Assembly: GCF_009914755.1 (NCBI RefSeq)
Contig: NC_060927.1
Direction: 5' to 3' (one strand)
Origin: the human T2T-CHM13v2.0 reference genome, Homo sapiens
Length of the DNA stretch: 64,000 nucleotides
Of this stretch, positions 43,217 to 56,610 are shown one piece after another (position 1 is the stretch's first letter; each line of letters starts with the position of its first letter). Both the position numbers and the translations under genes were made by a program. The notes below the pieces were generated by a model that saw nothing but the letters and a program-made list of their open reading frames with translations, was not told the origin of the DNA and did no database searches.

Positions 43217-46204
43217 GAAAAGTGTATTTTCCACATCATAGTAACTAAAATGGTATGTAGGGAAAGTGTGTGTGGGGGTTATTTTTTGAAATTATAGAAT
43301 AGGAAGGTATTGAGACAGAAATTAGAAACAATGTCTGTATGCGTGATCTCTACAAAGAACAACCAATGCAAAATCTAATTATTGTCACTAATTATTTTTC
43401 TTCTCTGCTTATTGTAATATTTGTACAGCAGTTTTTAACTTTTGAAGGATTTCTGTATGTGATGTCATTTAGTCTTTTCAACCACTTTCTGAAACTCCTA
43501 ACATTAAGTAACTTGTTCAAGGTTGCCTGAGCCTCCCAAAGTGTTGGAATTACAGGTGTGAGCCACTGCGCCCGGCCAGGAAAACATCTTTAAGGAGGGA
43601 TGTGAACTTGGCTTTGAAGAATGGGTGGGATTTGGAAAGGTAAAAGGAAATAGGGATGGCTTTACGTAAGAGAATGAATGAGAGCAGAAACATAAAAGGG
43701 GAGAATTTAGTATAGTTATTCTTGGGACAGTGAGTTTAACAGGTTGGCCCTCCTTCCCATGTGGGAGGTAAGATTTGTTAGGACTTTCTAGGAAGGGTGT
43801 TAAAATTACCAGTTGCTGTAGTTTGAGGTTTAAATACTGAGTAAAAGAGAGTGAAATTGAAGTTTTGATTTAAAAAAATTGTGTCATAGAAATTAATTTG
43901 TAATATGGAGTGGAGAAAGATATAAAGAGTTTGGGAATCCAGTAAGAAAAGTGTTGCATGAATACAGGTTCAAGTTATATAAGACCTGGTGATGTGATAC
44001 CATGAAGACCAAAAAAAAAAAAAAAAAGGCAGTGGAAATGGGAGACGTTTTTGAACTGGCCCACCTTGTTGATGGTGTGGTTTTGAGAGACAAAATTAAT
44101 GATGTCGAGGATGACTTTAAAGAGTGTGATATTTGTAGACTAGAATGGTGATACTATTGGCAGAAGTGGATTTGTCTCTATGGCCTCTACGGATCTTAAA
44201 ATTGATAATACATCCCTCTTTATTTAGTTTGGCTGCCTGGAAACTCATAGCCTTATTTGCTCCTCAGTTTTAGTAATTAATTGCATTTTGTGTAGAAACC
44301 TCAACTCTCTGGTTGTATTTGATTTTTCTACCCTTTTCCCTCTTTTATATCCATATCTTCATTTGTACTTTCATACTACATATATTTTTGTCAGCCAGCT
44401 CAGAGTCTTTTCGAGGGAGGCATATTATTGGTAAACGTACAATGTGAATAACTGAAAGTTTATGTGAATGTGTATTGGTTAGCAAAATGCTGGCATAGTT
44501 TTTAAGAGGAGTTATTAACATGATAAAATTTAAATATACATTGAGGACCTATGTTATTTATTTAGGGTACTGAATTATTTGTATCCATCTCTTTTTCCTT
44601 TATCTAAAACAGGTAATTGAGGAATATTTTTAATTCAATCCTGTGAGTTCTTGACTCAGTTGCTACAGTGTTGAGTGGTTTTGGATAGACTTTTTGAAGA
44701 CAAAAAACTTTAAATAACATTGGAAATGCGTGTACTAAGTGACTAGAACAGTTAACAAGAATGGAATAGCACCTGCAGGTGGGATAGCTGCAGAGTTGGG
44801 CTATGTGTACTGTGTGAGAGGGAGTGAGGGAGCATGGTCTTGCCTTATGTTCCATTGGCAGTTCAGAATTTCAAGAGTTTCAAGCTTGTTTATATTCTCA
44901 TTTCTGTACTTCCTTTTATAATTTTTAAGATGAGCTCCTTCATTACTGCCAAGAGTATGTTTTCTTTTTGCCTTTACCTTGAGGCTGTCTTTTCACCTGA
45001 GGTACAACCAATATAGGGCTTTAAAAGGCTGGCTGCTTGTTATTTCAAATGGGGAACTTTATGTATAATAGTTTGCTGTCATGTACCTGTACTTCAAAAC
45101 TGTATTAAGGGAAGACAACTGTCTCAATAAAATCACCATGAGAAAAATTCTTTGCTTTGTTATTTCAAAATGTTATTGTTTTAAGTCTGCCTTTAATCAT
45201 AGCTTTAAAAATATTTATTTGCTAATAAAAGAAAATGTTGAATGGTAAAGTGAGTTTAGTGCCCATTATTTCTGGTCTTTGAATTTTTTTTAAATTCTTT
45301 ACTGCTTTAAAAACGATAAAATAATGTGTCTGAAAAATATATATTAAATGGTCACACTGGGACTGTATTTTATAATAGCAACAGAACATTTTATTATTGA
45401 GTTTGCCCAGCTTTATATCTAGTTATTATTTCAGATTTATTAACTAAGCACTTTAGAGATAGGAAGTGTCATATTACTCTCCAACATGTAATATTTTAAT
45501 TCCCATACCCCTTTTATCTTTTAAGATATCCTGAAACTGTATTCTTTCATGTATCCAAATTTCTTTACGGTGATTATTATGCTCGTTGATTTACAATTAA
45601 TCAACTAAGCTTTATTGCAAACAAATAAAATTTTTTAGTATATTTTAAGACAGTGTAAAATTTGATTTTTGCATTTTTGTTGTCAGTTTGCTTTTTGGGC
45701 TATGTTTCTAAATAAATGTTCATTTAGAACTGTCTACATTCTTCAGAATGTCTACATACTTTAGGGACCTAATGAGATGCCTTTAAGGGTATATCTCAAT
45801 CCGTATTTGTGTAGAGGCAGCACTTTCTTCTAAAACGTTTAATAGAATCAGGCAAAGCCATAAGCTAAAATTCATTTTCTACTTCAATACACAGCAGGTA
45901 GACTCTCTCCACACACTTTCGCCTATTTGGAAGATGAGGCCTAGTAATAATTTGAAATGACCAAAGGAGAGGCAGAACTCTTACACCAGAGCCAAGATTT
46001 CTGCCTGAGTATCGACCATTTTTCCTCCACCTTGAATCCAGCATCCCCCTCCCAACATTCCGCTACCATCACTTCTCCTGATGCTTCAGATTACAACTCT
46101 TTTACCCGTTTCACCCAGTCTGGCAAGAGCTCTTTCTTTAATCCCTGCATTTCAGGTAGCATTCAGTTCAGTATATCTGTGAATTAGTAAATATAATTAA
46201 TTAT

Positions 46205-46685
46205 AGTAGGGAGCTAACAGCTATTGAATGTTTCCAGTATTTGAAGCAGTGTGCTAAATGCTTTACCAGCATTATCTCGTGTAATCTTTACAACTGTCTT
46301 TGAGGTGACAGTAGTTTTATTATTTATTTTAAGTTTTTTATTTCCATAGGTTTTTTGGGGAACAGGTGGTATTTGGTTACATGAGTAAATTCTTCAGTGG
46401 TGATTTGTGAGATTTTGGTGCACCCATCTCCTGAACAGTATACACTGAACCCAGTTTGAAGTCTTTTATCCCTCACCCTCTTCCCACCCTTTCCCCCTGA
46501 GTCCCCAAAGTCTGTTGTGTCATTCTTATGCTTTTGAGTTGAGGTGGGTAGTAGTTTTGTACAGCATTTTATAGATGGGAAGACAGGCTTGGAAGGGTTA
46601 AGTAACTAACTTGCTGAAGGTCACATAGCAAGTAAATGGCAGAACTAGGATTTCAACCTTGTTTCTGACTTCAGAGCTCAAGTGT
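46205..46685 (-). mobile_element. MIR interrupted by an L1PB-type 3' end (~46320-46535)
   Basis: L1PB motif ggggaacaggtggtatttggttacatgagtaaattcttcagtggtgatttgtgagattttggtgcaccc; imperfect TSD ttgaggtgacagtagtttt / ttgaggtgggtagtagtttt. Confidence 0.85.
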
Positions 46686-46745
46686 TTTGAGGTCTTGCTT
46701 TTCTGTTTCCATTTGCAAAACAGATTTAGGTGAACTGCTCTAGAA

Positions 46746-46933
46746 CAGCACTGTCCCAGTAGGACTTTCTGTTATGATAGACCTGTTCCTTATCTGCCCT
46801 GTCCAGTACAGTGGCCACTAGCCATATGTGGACATCGAGTATTTGAAAGGTGACTAGTGCAACTAAATAACTGATTTTTAATTTTAATTTAGATACCAAT
46901 ATGTGACTTGAGGCTACTATATTGGACAGCATA
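46746..46933. mobile_element. MER3 hAT-Charlie MITE
   Basis: cagcactgtcc...gccactagccatatgtgg...tattggacagca; 8-bp hAT-type TSD ctctagaa / atctagaa. Confidence 0.85.
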
Positions 46934-47518
46934 GATCTAGAAAAATAGCTTTTTAAGGTTAAACTTATAAGTATATGCTTAAACTTATGTTTATATTGGG
47001 TAAGAGTAAACTACGAGGTCATTTTGATGGTGCTTGTAGTTAGGTATTTATGTTGTGTATGTGTATAAATACATATATACATAACTACATACTACGTAAC
47101 TACTTGTAGTATATATTTATTTATCTCCCCTCTGCTATCCACCATTATATTCTAAGGACTCTTAAATATTGTGGGAGACAATTTAAGTAAAATACCTTTG
47201 TCAGTTCTATTAATTGGTTAGATATTTATTTTAAATTTCTTATCAAAATGAAAGCAATATTGCAAATGATTGTTTTTAATACAGACTGTGAGGCTACTGA
47301 AACTGGAAAGTTTATGGTTCAGCAGTGTCTGCAGCCCAGAGAGAGAAATAGGACTTCCTCAAGGATGTGGAGTTTAAAAGCAAAACCAGGACTAGTATTC
47401 AGTCCCGATAGTTCAATGTGTTGCTTATTTCACTGATAGAATGTGGATGCATTTTATAAACTTAGAGAATTTAGAAAACTCATAAATAAGGAAAATTGGG
47501 AGTTCTTATCCATGATCA

Positions 47519-47848
<330 letters not shown>

Positions 47849-48459
47849 AGTTGGATTTATTTTTCCTGGAGAGGTGAAGGGTCATGACAGCAGTGATGAA
47901 CTGTTTTCAGAGCCTTAACATTCTTTATTAAGCTTATTCTGTGTGATTTTGGGGAGTAGAACTAGCGCTGCTCTGTTAAAGTTAGAGGGAAACCACTTTT
48001 TTTGCTTGATAAAAGCCTTCATCTTCAGCCAGGGCTTTCTAGAGAAATAATGGGAGACATCAGTACATAATGAGAGCTCTACCTTTAGAGGAACTGAAAA
48101 TGAATTTATTTGCTTATTTCAGAGAGATTTTCAGTTATTAGATGGGTGATGGTAGTACTAGAATTATATTTCCCAGATTCTGGACCCTAAACAAATGAAG
48201 CAGATTTTTATCAGCTTTTGTCCTCTTCACCCATAGATTGTGACTCATTTTTCCTCTCTTTGCCCTCTTGAAACCAGTGGTAGGTAATTTATATACTTCA
48301 TTGGCCCACTTAAAGCAGCTTGTATACTTGCTATCAGTTCCACATCTTAGTTGGTTAGTGAGGCTTTTATTTCCTTCTTTCCTCAAAACTTAGATTTGTA
48401 GGAAGAGGAGGCTATAGGAAGAACATGAATAAATGAGTCTGGTTTGAGGATAGGGATTG

Positions 48460-49355
48460 TGTGTGGGGTAGAAAACAACACAAACTCAGGACGCTTTTAA
48501 AATTTTTCTTATTAAACAATAGTCAACACAAGACTTCTGTAGCCAGATGTTTGGGGGTTTCTCTTCATACACCAAGCAAGCAATCAGTTCTTGAAATCAT
48601 CAAGCAATTGAATCAGTGTCCACAAATTCAATTCTGACACTCTCTACCTGGAGGTAGACTCAGAAACTACAGATTGAGGGCTTAGTCCCAAAAGATTGTA
48701 TCCTTCTTCCTACCAGTCACAAGTCCAGGCCTCTTGGAACGTCTGACTGACTTGCTTCAAATTAGGGTTCTTGCAAACCCCATCTTTGGGTTTGTTTGAT
48801 TAACTAGAGTGCTCACAGAACTCAGGGAACCATGTTTGCCGGTATATTACAAAGGATATTTTAAAAGGATACAAGTAAACAGCCAGATGAAAAGATATAT
48901 AGGTTGAGGTCTGGAAGGATCCTGAGCACAGGAGCTTCTCTACCCATGGAAGTGGAGTATGCTACCCTCCTGGCACCTGGATGAGTTCTTGTTCACCTTT
49001 ACGTCAGCCTCCATGTGTTCAGCTGTCTGGAAGCCCTGCTGACCCTGTCCTTATTGGACCTCTTATGGAGACCTTATTACTTAGGCATGATTGATTAAAT
49101 CGTTGGCCAGTGGCTATGATCTTAAGCTTCAGTCCCCTCTCCACCCTGGAAGTTGAAGGGTAAGGTTAAACCCTCTAATCATGCTTTGGTCTTTCTTCTG
49201 GCAACCAGCCTCTATCCTGAAGCTGCCTAAGGGCTGCCAGCCAGCCATCAGTCTTGGCATACCAAAAGACATCACTTTGTACATTCCAAGGATTTTAGGA
49301 GTTGTATGCCAGGAAAACGGGGTTGAAGAACAAATACTATTTCAAAATATCCATC
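48460..49355. mobile_element. MER21-family LTR
   Basis: caacacaagacttctgt..caccaagcaagcaatcagttct..caattctgacactctctacctggag..gagtgctcacagaactcaggga..aggagcttctctacccatgga. Confidence 0.8.
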
Positions 49356-52039
49356 ACTTTGCTAGGTCTCAGATTATTGCATGTTGTTTCATAAATACCT
49401 TTTACCTGACGTAGTCAAGAAATAAAAATATTACTGTTAATCAAATGTTAACATACATTGAGTTCATCATCTAATGGAAATCTTTTGATTATTCATTTGT
49501 TTAGTATATACCCCTTCAAATTTATCAAACTGTGTAACAAACTGTTTAGAATCCTCCTGATTTCCCCCTCTTTCTTTTGGTCCTGGAAAAAATAATACTT
49601 GCATCCTCAAAAATTGAATAAATGTTAGTGAAGAAAAGTTATGGTTTATTTGGGATGTGTTTTCCTTCCTACATATAAATGTTGCATGAGCCGAGAAATC
49701 TTAGGATTAAAAGAGAAGTAAAAGTTTTTAAAAGATTTTAAATGATAGAATACACTGAAGAAATCATTTTTGCTCTTTGCGCATACATTGTTTCATTTAT
49801 AATCGATTAAGAGACAATTATTTAAAAACTTCGTCCAATCCTACGAAAAGATGACCATCATGTGTATAGGCAAAGGCACTATTCTGTGGCACAGTTTATT
49901 AGAGTAGAATGATTTGAGACCAACATGCAAGTGGTGAACTGGAAGAAGGTGACAGATTCAGCTGCAAGTGCTGAAGGGAAATCTTTGCCTGAAGGTAGGG
50001 CAGTTTCCTAAGAGTGGCACAGCCCATTGCTTTAAGCATGAACATTTTGGTGTCAGGCTCAAGTTAGCAGGCGAATGTAGCCCTGCATTTGCAGTCTTTG
50101 GATTCTAGGTGGCTGGTTAGTTGGTGAGTAAGGGAGACTGTAGGGGTGCAGTGGAGTGAGGGAGTTGGCAATAGCCTGAGCCTGTAGGGGAAAAGTGAGA
50201 TGGTTTAGAAAATGTGAGAAAGTAGGACTGTAAGAGTTTGAGAATCAGGCTCCCTTGACTAAGGTGGGGCAGGATTGGACAGGAATAGTATCAGTCTTTT
50301 TAGTTTAAGGTAAAATATTTGCATTCTTATCAAAGCTGTTGTACATCACTTCAGTAAATGCTCTGTAATAGCACGGTTCATAAATGATATTAAACAGTGT
50401 TATGGTCCTACTTTGCAAACCCCTGAGATCTGAAGTGGGTGGAATAGAATAGATAAATTTGCATTTTAAGAGGGGGTGAACAAAGGAATTCAGTTTACTG
50501 TTTTGTTGCATTAATGTAAAACCCTTTGGAAATTTTTAGAGTTTATATAATAGACACTTTGTTTTTTGGATGATATCCTAAACATTGGAACAAAACCTTA
50601 TGCATTTTACTCTAAATTTGGTTATAAGGCACTTCTGGGACTACCCACATGGCTTGGATGATCTCCAAGTGGCTTTAGTTATTAATATTATAATAACAAA
50701 AGAACCTCATTATAAGTTTTGCCTAAAAGGTAAAATGGACCCCAAAGAGAACATTAGAAGTAGCCTCCAATATTTAAGTAGCAGACTTACTCAGTTCTTG
50801 ATTATCTGCATTAATGGGAAATTAATAGTTTACTATGTAGTATAAGGTGAAAATATGTAGTATTTAAAAAACTACATATTCATGGGATATGAATCACAGA
50901 TGGTATTTTGAATATATTATAATGGACAGAGTGTTTGAAATACTAAATTCAGGGTTTAAATAGCTTCTATCAAATGTGTAAATATAAGTGTTATAAAATG
51001 TTTGGTAAATATTTATCAAAATTATCAAATGTCAATTATCCTAAATTGATTTTTTTTCCTTCTTCAAATTATGTATTGGCCAGATGTATCTTAACTTTGA
51101 GGTCAGGGGGAAAAGCTGTTAAACAGATCTCATGATTTTTGAGCTTACTTGGGTGTGGGTTGGTGAACTGGTTGCTGACAAAATCTCTGTACAGAGAAAG
51201 AGTGTTGCACATGGTTTCTGTCATCATTCTCTGTGCCCTTTTTTTTTTTTCTTTCTTTTTTTATTCTCCAGTTTGCCATCATTTTGAGAAGTGAGGTGTT
51301 TGGAGTGGGACATGACCAAACTGAGTGCAGCTTTGTAATCAGCCAGCTGGGGACTCCTGACTGGACTTTAGAGATTTTGGTAAATTTTGGTTGAGCAGAT
51401 CTTTAGTTTTCTGTGTGGAAGGTAGTCAGAGATTGATGTTCAGTTGGACACATACATTCAAATTCACTCATTGACCTTCAGCTCCTCCATGGTCAGCCCC
51501 ATCAGCTGGGAATCCAGCTGGAGAGTTTTGATTAATTTAGAAAATAGAGCCTGCATTTTAGTAAGCACACTTTCCTAGGTAAGAGATTAGGTAGGCTTAA
51601 ATCGATATTTACGTGTTGACAGCATTGACTTTATAAGTTAGATACAGTGGGGGTGGTTGGGATTGATGCTCCATAGTCTTTTGGAGGCTTGGGAAGGAGG
51701 TAGGGGGCAGTCTCTTGCTGTACTAATCTCTAATGGCTTAGAATAAATGTCTCTTTCTAAGTGTTTATTAGAGTTAAGCTTGAATTAGGGTTGGATACAT
51801 GTTATCATGTTGTTAAGCGGTAAGAGTTTGTCACAGGTTAAGAATAGTCTCCATGTTTGATAAAGCAGCTAGTCAGAAATTAATAGGGAAATCTGTGGAT
51901 AGGTTCAAAATGGTATTGGGGGCCTGGGAAATAGCAGATAAAATTATATTTTTGAAAGAATGTCAGGCGCTGATGTGTTCAGAAAATATCTCCTACTAGG
52001 TTAAGTGAAATGAGATAAGCTAAGATACATTTTGAGGTT

Positions 52040-53220
52040 AACATTCATTTAACATTAAATATTTTCTAAGGGCCAATATGTGATCAGCACTGTGCTGTAT
52101 ACTGGGGATGCAATTATGAACAAGATGGAAGGCATCTCCAGCCTTTGTAGAGCTTATGTTTTAGCTGTGAAGACAGACTGGAACTTGTTTAAAAACAAAA
52201 CAAAACAGAAAAATTGCCTTTATGATGAGCTGGGGAAGTAAACAGACATCATAATTGCTATGAAGAAAACCAGGGATGAGTTTTAGTGTGGGGTTCTAGT
52301 TTTATTTTGGGTTGAGAAAGCTTTTCTAAGGAGGTGAAATCTTAATTGAGAGCAAAAAGTTGTTAGGTACATAAGGTGTGGGGGACCATTAGTATTACAA
52401 ACTGCATGTGCTGAAGCTCGAAAGCAGATAGCTCTGATGTTCAGGGAGCTAGCTGGAAGAAGTCTGGTGTGGCTGGATTGAGGGGGAGTGGGGAGTGGGC
52501 AGGGGAATGCTGTTGTACAAGATGAGGTGGCAGAATGAGGTTGTGGCCAAATCAAGCAGAGTTTGGCTTTTATTAAGATCAGTCTGGTTGCTAGATTGGA
52601 GGTGGGTAAAAGAGTAGATGCTGACAGTCATCAGGTGAGAGAGGATGGTGTTATAGATTATGGCAGTAGCAGTGGAGATAGAAAGAGGGTCATTTGAAGT
52701 ATGTTTTTTGAAGGCAGGTGGACAGGATTTGCTGATGGGTAAATGGCAGAGTTAGGGGGACTGTTAGAACAGAGAAAGAAATCATGGGGTTGGGTTTGAG
52801 TCTGTTGGGGAAATGGTGGTGCCTGTTTTGAGATGGGGAAGATTTCTGGGAGATAAGTGGTTTGATGGACAGGATCAAGAGTTCTGTTTTGGATGTGTTA
52901 ATTCTGAAATGTCTGAGACATCCAAATGGAGATGTCAAGTAGGCAGTTGAACATGAGTTTGGAGCTCAGTGGAGAGCTGGAAATATCAATTTGAATTGTC
53001 ATCAAAGAAATATTTAAATCTGTAGGAAATGATGAATTTGTGTGTGGAAAGAATATAGACAGACAGTAATACTCAAAACCAAGCCCTCGTAACATTCAGA
53101 AATGGGTGAACTAGCAGCTAGCAGAGGAGTCCTAAGGAGTTTGCCATCTAGGGGGTAGGAGGAAAACCAGGAGAGAGGTTTCCATGAAGTTGAGAGAAAA
53201 AGAGAGTCCCCTGTTCTTAG
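52040..53220 (-). mobile_element. L2 fragment
   Basis: cattcatttaaca..gagacatccaaatggagatgtcaagtaggcagttga..; track ORFs 52690-53095 carry L2-like peptides. Confidence 0.85.
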
Positions 53221-54079
53221 TGAGTACATCTAAAATTAATAATTAATGAAATTTTCAAGTGAATACGAAAGTAGAATAAAGTTGTAATTACTTTCTTCAC
53301 CGGGAAAGTAATAAGTAAATAAAGACTATTTAGTGGCATTGAGATTTCAAGAGTAATTTCTTCAGTAATTTTGCAAGATTATTCATATTACCTACTCAAC
53401 CAGACTCCATAATTGGGCTCAGGAGGGAAGGCTTTCCCTTAGAGAAGCAGAGTTCTGTTCGTCTGAATGTTGTCCAGTCAGGCTTTGGGACTTAAAAATG
53501 CTTTTGAGGATTCTTAGGTCCTTTTTTTTTTTTTTTTGGCCTGTGGACTGAACATAGCTGTTCAGTGTGTATCATTATTTATTGCCTTTCTCTTACTATA
53601 GATTATTTCTCACAGGAGAAGAAGTTATTGCTGGTAGCATGTCAGTTTACATGTGTCTAGCTCCCATCTCTGGAACACATAATTAAGTGTGGTCGACATA
53701 TATTCTTCTTCATTTTTGCCGTTGAGAAAGCTGTCAGAAATGTTACATCTGGAGAACAGGAAAGACTACCCTCAAAGCCAGCGTTGGCCTAAGTGTACTC
53801 TTAAACATTTCCTGTGGATGTGTGGACCGCCTGTCTCTCTATCTCTTCATGACTTCTGCCTGTGTCTTGTGTGTGCAGAGGCCAAATAGTAGTAGCAGAG
53901 ATGGAAAACCTTCTCCTACACATGTGCACCAGCATGGTCCTTTGTCTCTCTCTTTCATTTGCTCTTCAAGGCTTCGCTCAAATACTGCTTCCATTCTGTA
54001 ATTTTCTCTTCCCAGCGCACCCGTGGGACCTGTTACATTGAGTTAGAGGCAGTATTACACGGTGGTTTCTTTTGGAGAG

Positions 54080-54262
54080 ACTGGCTAGACTACGTATACA
54101 TAGCCTCTTGGTTAGTTACATACCTTCTCAGTGCCTCAGTTCCTTCATCTGTAAAACCACATGGGGTTGTGTGAGGATTATATGAGTTAATACATGTAAA
54201 GCACTCAGAGTAGTGCCTGGCATATAAGGGCTCAAAAATTGTTAGTTGTTGATGCTGTTGTT
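54080..54262 (+). mobile_element. MIR
   Basis: gtgcctcagttccttcatctgtaaaa..gtgaggattatatgagttaatacatgtaaagcactcagagtagtgcctggcatata. Confidence 0.88.
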
Positions 54263-55623
54263 GCTGTTTATAAGGCTTGCGTGCATTTCTTTTCTTCATT
54301 TGTTTTGGGAATGGTGAAGGCATATAATGTATTATTCATTATCTTCTTAATATGTTTCATGTAATAGACAAATATTTTTATGTAGTTACTAAGGCAGATA
54401 ACTTCTGCATGTCTTATTTTTCTCTAAAATGGTAAGCATACATATAAGTATCTTGTTACTTGTGTGTGACCCTAGATTGCTTGGTTGTCAGTATCTCTTA
54501 ATAAAGATTTTCCCTTTCATCTGTTTGTAGAAGCCTCATCAGCTGGGCTGGTATTAGTAAAAGGAAGATGACTAGAAAATTCACTTGGAGATCACATGGA
54601 CTCTTTTATTATTAAATTAAATAATTCATTTTTCATGTATACAACACTCATTAATTGGGGTTGTGTTTATTGGTGAAAACATTTTTTTCTTAAAATGAAA
54701 TCTTTAATTTTTTTACATTAATTATACTTAGTATGAGGCACTTTTGCTTCATTCTTACAGGTAGGCGAATTGTAGAGGTCTTACGTCTTTGCTGGGCCTG
54801 CCACCATCAATAGTTTAGGAGAATAATAGCTTTTGAAATGTATAAGGCCTTACTTAAACCAAAAAATATGCTTTACAATGCAATTTCTAACAGGGTCTTA
54901 ATTCATTTGTTAATATTTCTTCAGAACGTGGGCTTAAATTTTGTTTTAAAGTCTTATACAAACTCTTGAGGGGAAATTTTTTTTTAGTGTTTTCCGCTTT
55001 AGTTTGTCTTTTTTGATGATGCAGCTCAACAACCATAAATACATTCAGGACTCACAGGTTGACATTTTAATCATTCCATCCACAAGTACTCAGAACTGTG
55101 GGGACCTGGAATAAATATGAGATATGGCCTCTTGACTTTAGTTTATAATCTTTATTGTTGAAAAAAGCCCGGTTCCCTTGAAATAGTTAGAGAAAAATAT
55201 TGGAAAGCATATAGAAGGAAGTGTGGTATAGTAGTAAGATAATTCATCTAGTAGTCTTGTTCATTTATTCACTAAAAGCCTGCTGAGCACTTTCATCTCC
55301 TTAGTGTCAAAACCTGAGTTTTGTCACAAGATCCGCCACTGTGAAATTGAGCAAGTACCATTCCTTTACCAGATTTACTCCACCTGCCTTGTAGGATCAT
55401 ACATGATCATGTATATGAAAGCTTCTAGAACACTAAAGCATTGTGCAAATGTAAAGAGTTATATAATGTTACATTGTTCGGGAGAGGCCATGCCTGTGGT
55501 AGCAGTTAAAAGGAACAAAACTTTGAGAGTTGAACTAGTTAGGTTGGGTGGGATTTTCCCCTTAAGAAACCATCATCAGTAAAGGCTGTTTTTTAAAAGC
55601 TAGTATATAGGATTAATAAAGTA

Positions 55624-55978
55624 CAGGTTGAGTATCTCTTACCTGAGATGCTTGGGACCAAAAGCCTTTTGGATTTCAGAATTTGAATTTTGGAATATTT
55701 GCATATTCATAATGAGCGATCTTCAGGATGTGGCCTAAGTCTAAACATGAAATGCATTTATGTTTCTTACACACCTTATACACATAGCCTGAAGGTAGTT
55801 TTATTTCTCCCATGGGGACGCTGAATAAACTGTGTATTGTGTGCCTGCGATCTGACTGGGACCTGCCACATGGGGTTAGGTGTGGAGTTTCCCACTTGTG
55901 GCATCATGTCAGTGCTGAAAGTTTTTGATTTTGGAGCATTTCAGATTTCAGCTTTTCAGATTAGGAATGTTCAACCTC
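55624..55978. mobile_element. Tigger4 (Zombi/MER46)-type MITE, ~355 bp
   Basis: TIRs caggttgagtat / atgttcaacctc flanked by TA; internal gcttgggacc and ttttggaatatttgcat. Confidence 0.85.
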
Positions 55979-56305
55979 TAGCCGGAGAAAGAAGATAGTT
56001 TTCTATAAGATGGAAAATTTATCCAGTCATGCCTTTTTGGAACATGCGTGAATTTGTTGAGTAACTGAAATGTATACCTTCAGGTTCCTAAATTTAATTT
56101 ATGTGAGATAAAATTTGTTTCTAAGTAGTTTTATATTTCCCTCTTCTTTGAAACAGTATGAGTTTAACATTTTCTTATTAGTTTAGGACCTCATTCTCAA
56201 CCTCAGTTATGATACCGTAATATAGTGATCAATTATGGAACTACTAAGTTATCGAGGTAATAGGACTCTTGTCTCATGCCCTAAGAAGGACTTCAGGCTG
56301 CCCAT

Positions 56306-56610
56306 TTAAAAAAATTGAGATATAATTTAAATACCATACAATTCACTCTTTTAAATTATGCAATTCAGTAGTTTCTAGTGTACTCACAACGTTGTGCAAC
56401 TGTCACTGTCATTACTTCCAAAACATTTTCATCATCCTAGAAAGGAACCCCACATCCATTAGCATTCTCCATTCCCCCCTCCCCCCCAGCTTCTGGCAAC
56501 CACGAATCGACTTTCTGTCTCTATGGATTTGTCTATTCTGGGCATTTTGTATAAATGGAATCATACAAGGTGTGGCCTTTTATATCTGGTGTCTTTCACT
56601 TAACATAATT
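56306..56610 (-). mobile_element. L1MB-type 3' end
   Basis: attgagatataatttaaataccatacaattcactctttt..ctatggatttgtctattctgggcattttgtataaatggaatcatac. Confidence 0.85.
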
